A stretch of DNA of 64,000 nucleotides. Source: an uncultured Candidatus Saccharibacteria bacterium (GTDB lineage: Bacteria; Patescibacteriota; Minisyncoccia; UBA6257; 1-14-0-10-44-23). The stretch spans positions 219,922-283,921 of the forward strand of contig CAZJVT010000001.1 of NCBI GenBank assembly GCA_964549935.1, in the 5' to 3' direction. A program made the position numbers and the translations under genes. The notes below the pieces were generated by a model. The model saw only the letters and a list, made by a program, of their open reading frames with translations, was not told the DNA's origin and did no database searches. This document shows, one piece after another, positions 61,175 to 64,000 of this stretch (the stretch's first letter is position 1; every line of letters begins with the position of its first letter).

Positions 61175-63385
61175 ATGAAAAAAAATGTTATGAAAACCGT
61201 TATTAAAGTAAACGCATATGCGGTAATTGTTTGTGCGCTTGTTTTAGTGCCGGGCATTTCTTTTGCGCAAGTTTCTTCAAATCCAACGAGTGGGTATATC
61301 AACTCAGCGCCGCTTCAAATTATCTCGTCTTCGCCGGTGGGAGTTTCTGTCGGTGTGAGCAATAGCGGATCTTCGCCGATTATCGGTAGCTCTTACGGCG
61401 GTCCCGTTTCTTCTCAGGGAACGAGCGGTGCCAATGTTGGCTCTCGCGCTAGCTCTGGCTACATCAGTTCAACTCCGAGTCCGTATGGCGGTGTAACTGT
61501 TGGTTCAGCTCCGACGCAGTATATTGGTTCGAGCCAAAGCAGTGGCTATATCAGTTCTTCGCCATCACCCTACGGTGGCGTCATCGTTGGTTCTTCGCCA
61601 TATAACTCTATTTCTTCTCAAAACGGATACTCGTCTATCAGTTCAGCGCCGGCCTACTCACAAAATATCTCTTCAGGTGGTTACGGCTACATCAGTTCAA
61701 CTCCGAGTCCGTATGGCGGTGTAACTGTTGGTTCAGCTCCGACGCAGTATATTGGTTCGAGCCAAAGCAGTGGCTATATCAGTTCTTCGCCATCACCCTA
61801 CGGTGGCGTCATCGTTGGTTCTTCGCCGCTTAACCCAATCACCTCACAGGGTGGTTATCCAACCATTGGTTCTTCGGCGTCATCCGGCTACATCAGTTCA
61901 ACTCCGTCACCCTACGGAGGCGTAACTGTCGGTTCTTCTCAAACCCAGTACATTCCTTCGACGCGCAACGGGGCCATCACTTCTTCGCCATCACCCAATG
62001 GTGGGGTTATCGTTGGCAAAGGGTCAGGTTATATTAGTTCTTCGCCGACTAACAATTCAGTGATTTCTTCAAAGCCTGTCGGAGCTGTCATTACCTCTTC
62101 TCCTACAAACGGCAGCAATATTATTACTTCAAAACCGACAAACAGTGGGTATATCTCTTCATCTCCAAATTCACAAACTGTCATTACCTCTCGCCCAAGC
62201 AACCCGACAATTATTACTTCAACGCAAAATCCACAGGTCGTTATCACTTCCAGTCCGAATACTCCGACAGTTATTCCGTCGCAATTAACTTCATGTCCAA
62301 CGGGCTACGTAGTTTCAGGTAACCACTGCGTTGCACAGTCTGTTCAGTGTCCCTCTGGCTCTACGTACAACAGCGCGACCAATAGCTGTGTTACCAACAC
62401 GCTGCAGTGTCCGACCGGATACGTGCTCGTGATTGTTAGCGGCTACGGCCAGGTCTGCGTTTCACAAAACGGCGGCGGCACTAACACGACCTGCCCGTCC
62501 GGATACTACTTTAATACGAACACCAACACCTGCTACCCAAACAGCACCTACTACCCGGGTTACACCTACGGCACGAGCTGTGGCAGTGGTTACTACTACA
62601 ACACCAACACGAATTCCTGCTACCCGAACTACTCCTACGGTTGCTCGGTAAATTGTGGCACGCCGTACTACGGTGGCGGTTACTCGTACGGTTACAATAA
62701 TTACAACTACGGTTACAGTTCGTACGGCTACCCGTACTATCAGCAGCAGGGTACGTACTACAACGTCCCGAACTACTACTATCCGTCGCAGCCGCAGACG
62801 ACGATTACCGGTCCGCAGATTTCTATTGAACAGCCGGGTGCTACGCGCACGGTGTATGTCCAGCAGGGAACGCAGACGACTAACGTCCAGACCCAGCCGA
62901 GCTCCAACGTCATTGTGGCCAGCGCCAACATTTTGGATGTCTACAATATCTCGATTCGTACCGACTTAGACGGCAACACTATCATCGCCTGGGACAACAA
63001 CGTCCCGACGCTTGGTGAGGTGGTCTTCGGTCTGACGAGCCAGCCGGTAGACGGTCTTGCCCGCTACAGCTACGACTTTACAACCGGTGGTATCGGCCCG
63101 CGCTCGGCGCATCACGAGGCCAACCTTGGTAAGCTTGAGTTAAACCGCGCGTACTATCTCCGCATCATCTCGCAGTCAGAAAACGCCAGCGACGTCTCTT
63201 CGGAGATTGCTTACATTCCGGTTCCGGGTAAGCACGTGACGCCGGATTCGCCGACGACTCTTGCCAGTGCCTCGACCGTCTTTGGCGTGATCACGCTGCG
63301 CGGTTTGATCCTGCTCGGCCTGACACTCATCTTGATCGTTCTTGTCTATGTCGCAGCCAAGCGTCGTGCCTCGTACTATTCGTAA
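61175..63385 (+). CDS. Surface protein with Ser/Gly-rich ISSSPSPYGG repeats, Cys-rich CPxGY repeats, Tyr-rich region, FN3-like domain and C-terminal TM
   Basis: Translation; ~143-bp exact direct repeat at 61457-61599 and 61685-61827. Confidence 0.8.
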   Translation: MKKNVMKTVIKVNAYAVIVCALVLVPGISFAQVSSNPTSGYINSAPLQIISSSPVGVSVGVSNSGSSPIIGSSYGGPVSSQGTSGANVGSRASSGYISSTPSPYGGVTVGSAPTQYIGSSQSSGYISSSPSPYGGVIVGSSPYNSISSQNGYSSISSAPAYSQNISSGGYGYISSTPSPYGGVTVGSAPTQYIGSSQSSGYISSSPSPYGGVIVGSSPLNPITSQGGYPTIGSSASSGYISSTPSPYGGVTVGSSQTQYIPSTRNGAITSSPSPNGGVIVGKGSGYISSSPTNNSVISSKPVGAVITSSPTNGSNIITSKPTNSGYISSSPNSQTVITSRPSNPTIITSTQNPQVVITSSPNTPTVIPSQLTSCPTGYVVSGNHCVAQSVQCPSGSTYNSATNSCVTNTLQCPTGYVLVIVSGYGQVCVSQNGGGTNTTCPSGYYFNTNTNTCYPNSTYYPGYTYGTSCGSGYYYNTNTNSCYPNYSYGCSVNCGTPYYGGGYSYGYNNYNYGYSSYGYPYYQQQGTYYNVPNYYYPSQPQTTITGPQISIEQPGATRTVYVQQGTQTTNVQTQPSSNVIVASANILDVYNISIRTDLDGNTIIAWDNNVPTLGEVVFGLTSQPVDGLARYSYDFTTGGIGPRSAHHEANLGKLELNRAYYLRIISQSENASDVSSEIAYIPVPGKHVTPDSPTTLASASTVFGVITLRGLILLGLTLILIVLVYVAAKRRASYYS

Positions 63386-63418
63386 GAAACAATATACAAG
63401 AAACAAAAATACAATAGT

Positions 63419-64000
63419 ATGAAAAAGATTTTAATCACAACTGCCATCCTTGCACTTATCGGCCTGACTATCGCTCCAGCGGCTTTGGCTCAAACGATTA
63501 GCTATGTTGGCTACAACGTCGCTCCGACTTGGAACAACCGTCAGACGACCTTCTCGGTCGTACAGGGTCAGACCCTCTCGGTTACGGTTGATGCAACCGA
63601 CAACAACAACGAGGCGCTCACCTACGCTAGCGTTCGTTTGCCCAGTAACGCTTCGTTTGACGTAAATAATCACGTCTTGAACTTCACGCCGGACTACACC
63701 CAGCTGGGCAGTTTTTCGGTCGTGCTTTCGGTTACCGATTCGCACAGCACACCAGTCAACAAAACCTTCTATGTAAACGTAATGAGTGCGGGTAACAGCT
63801 ACGTATACCGTGATGCGTTTGGTGACAGCTTCGACAACGCCGCTCCGTATTTTATTTCAACTCAGTCCTACTACACGATTAACTCCGGCTCATCGCTGAC
63901 CTTTACGGTGCGCGCTGCTGATCCGGACGATAACGCTGTGCGCTTTACTGCCAGCAATTTGCCGAGTGGTGCGAGCTTCAACGGTTCAAATGGCCAGTTC
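63419..64000 (+). CDS. Secreted Ig-like (putative Ig/cadherin) repeat protein, partial
   Basis: MKKILITTAILALIGLTIAPAALA signal; ATDNNNEALTY..LPSNASF and AADPDDNAVRF..LPSGASF repeats; runs off the window end, so absent from the ORF track. Confidence 0.8.
   Translation, partial: MKKILITTAILALIGLTIAPAALAQTISYVGYNVAPTWNNRQTTFSVVQGQTLSVTVDATDNNNEALTYASVRLPSNASFDVNNHVLNFTPDYTQLGSFSVVLSVTDSHSTPVNKTFYVNVMSAGNSYVYRDAFGDSFDNAAPYFISTQSYYTINSGSSLTFTVRAADPDDNAVRFTASNLPSGASFNGSNGQF

Overview
This 64 kb window looks like a Patescibacteria (CPR, probably Parcubacteria) chromosome. The evidence is a str/S10/spc ribosomal cluster lacking rpmD (L30), SD-less or leaderless housekeeping genes, type IV pilin-like and large Ser/Thr-rich surface proteins, and few biosynthetic genes. 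Housekeeping content includes nfo, dus, a UvrD/AddA-like helicase-nuclease, dinB, obgE, typA, tsaC, rpsL through secY, pgk, rnhA and an enlarged RNase P RNA. Three layers of structure go beyond the gene list. (1) About 13 short, GC-rich orphan genes are scattered singly between core genes. Most have their own sigma70-type promoter, a strong Shine-Dalgarno that the resident genes lack, a TAG stop and a bulged GC hairpin. Unrelated ORFs share near-identical promoter or terminator modules, and the cargo includes an ECF sigma factor. (2) An unannotated ~290-nt structured RNA candidate lies at 16310-16598 on the minus strand. (3) Several short palindromic and 7-mer repeat families are inserted in-frame in proteins, in RNase P RNA and nested within each other. 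All calls were made by eye, with no database searches.
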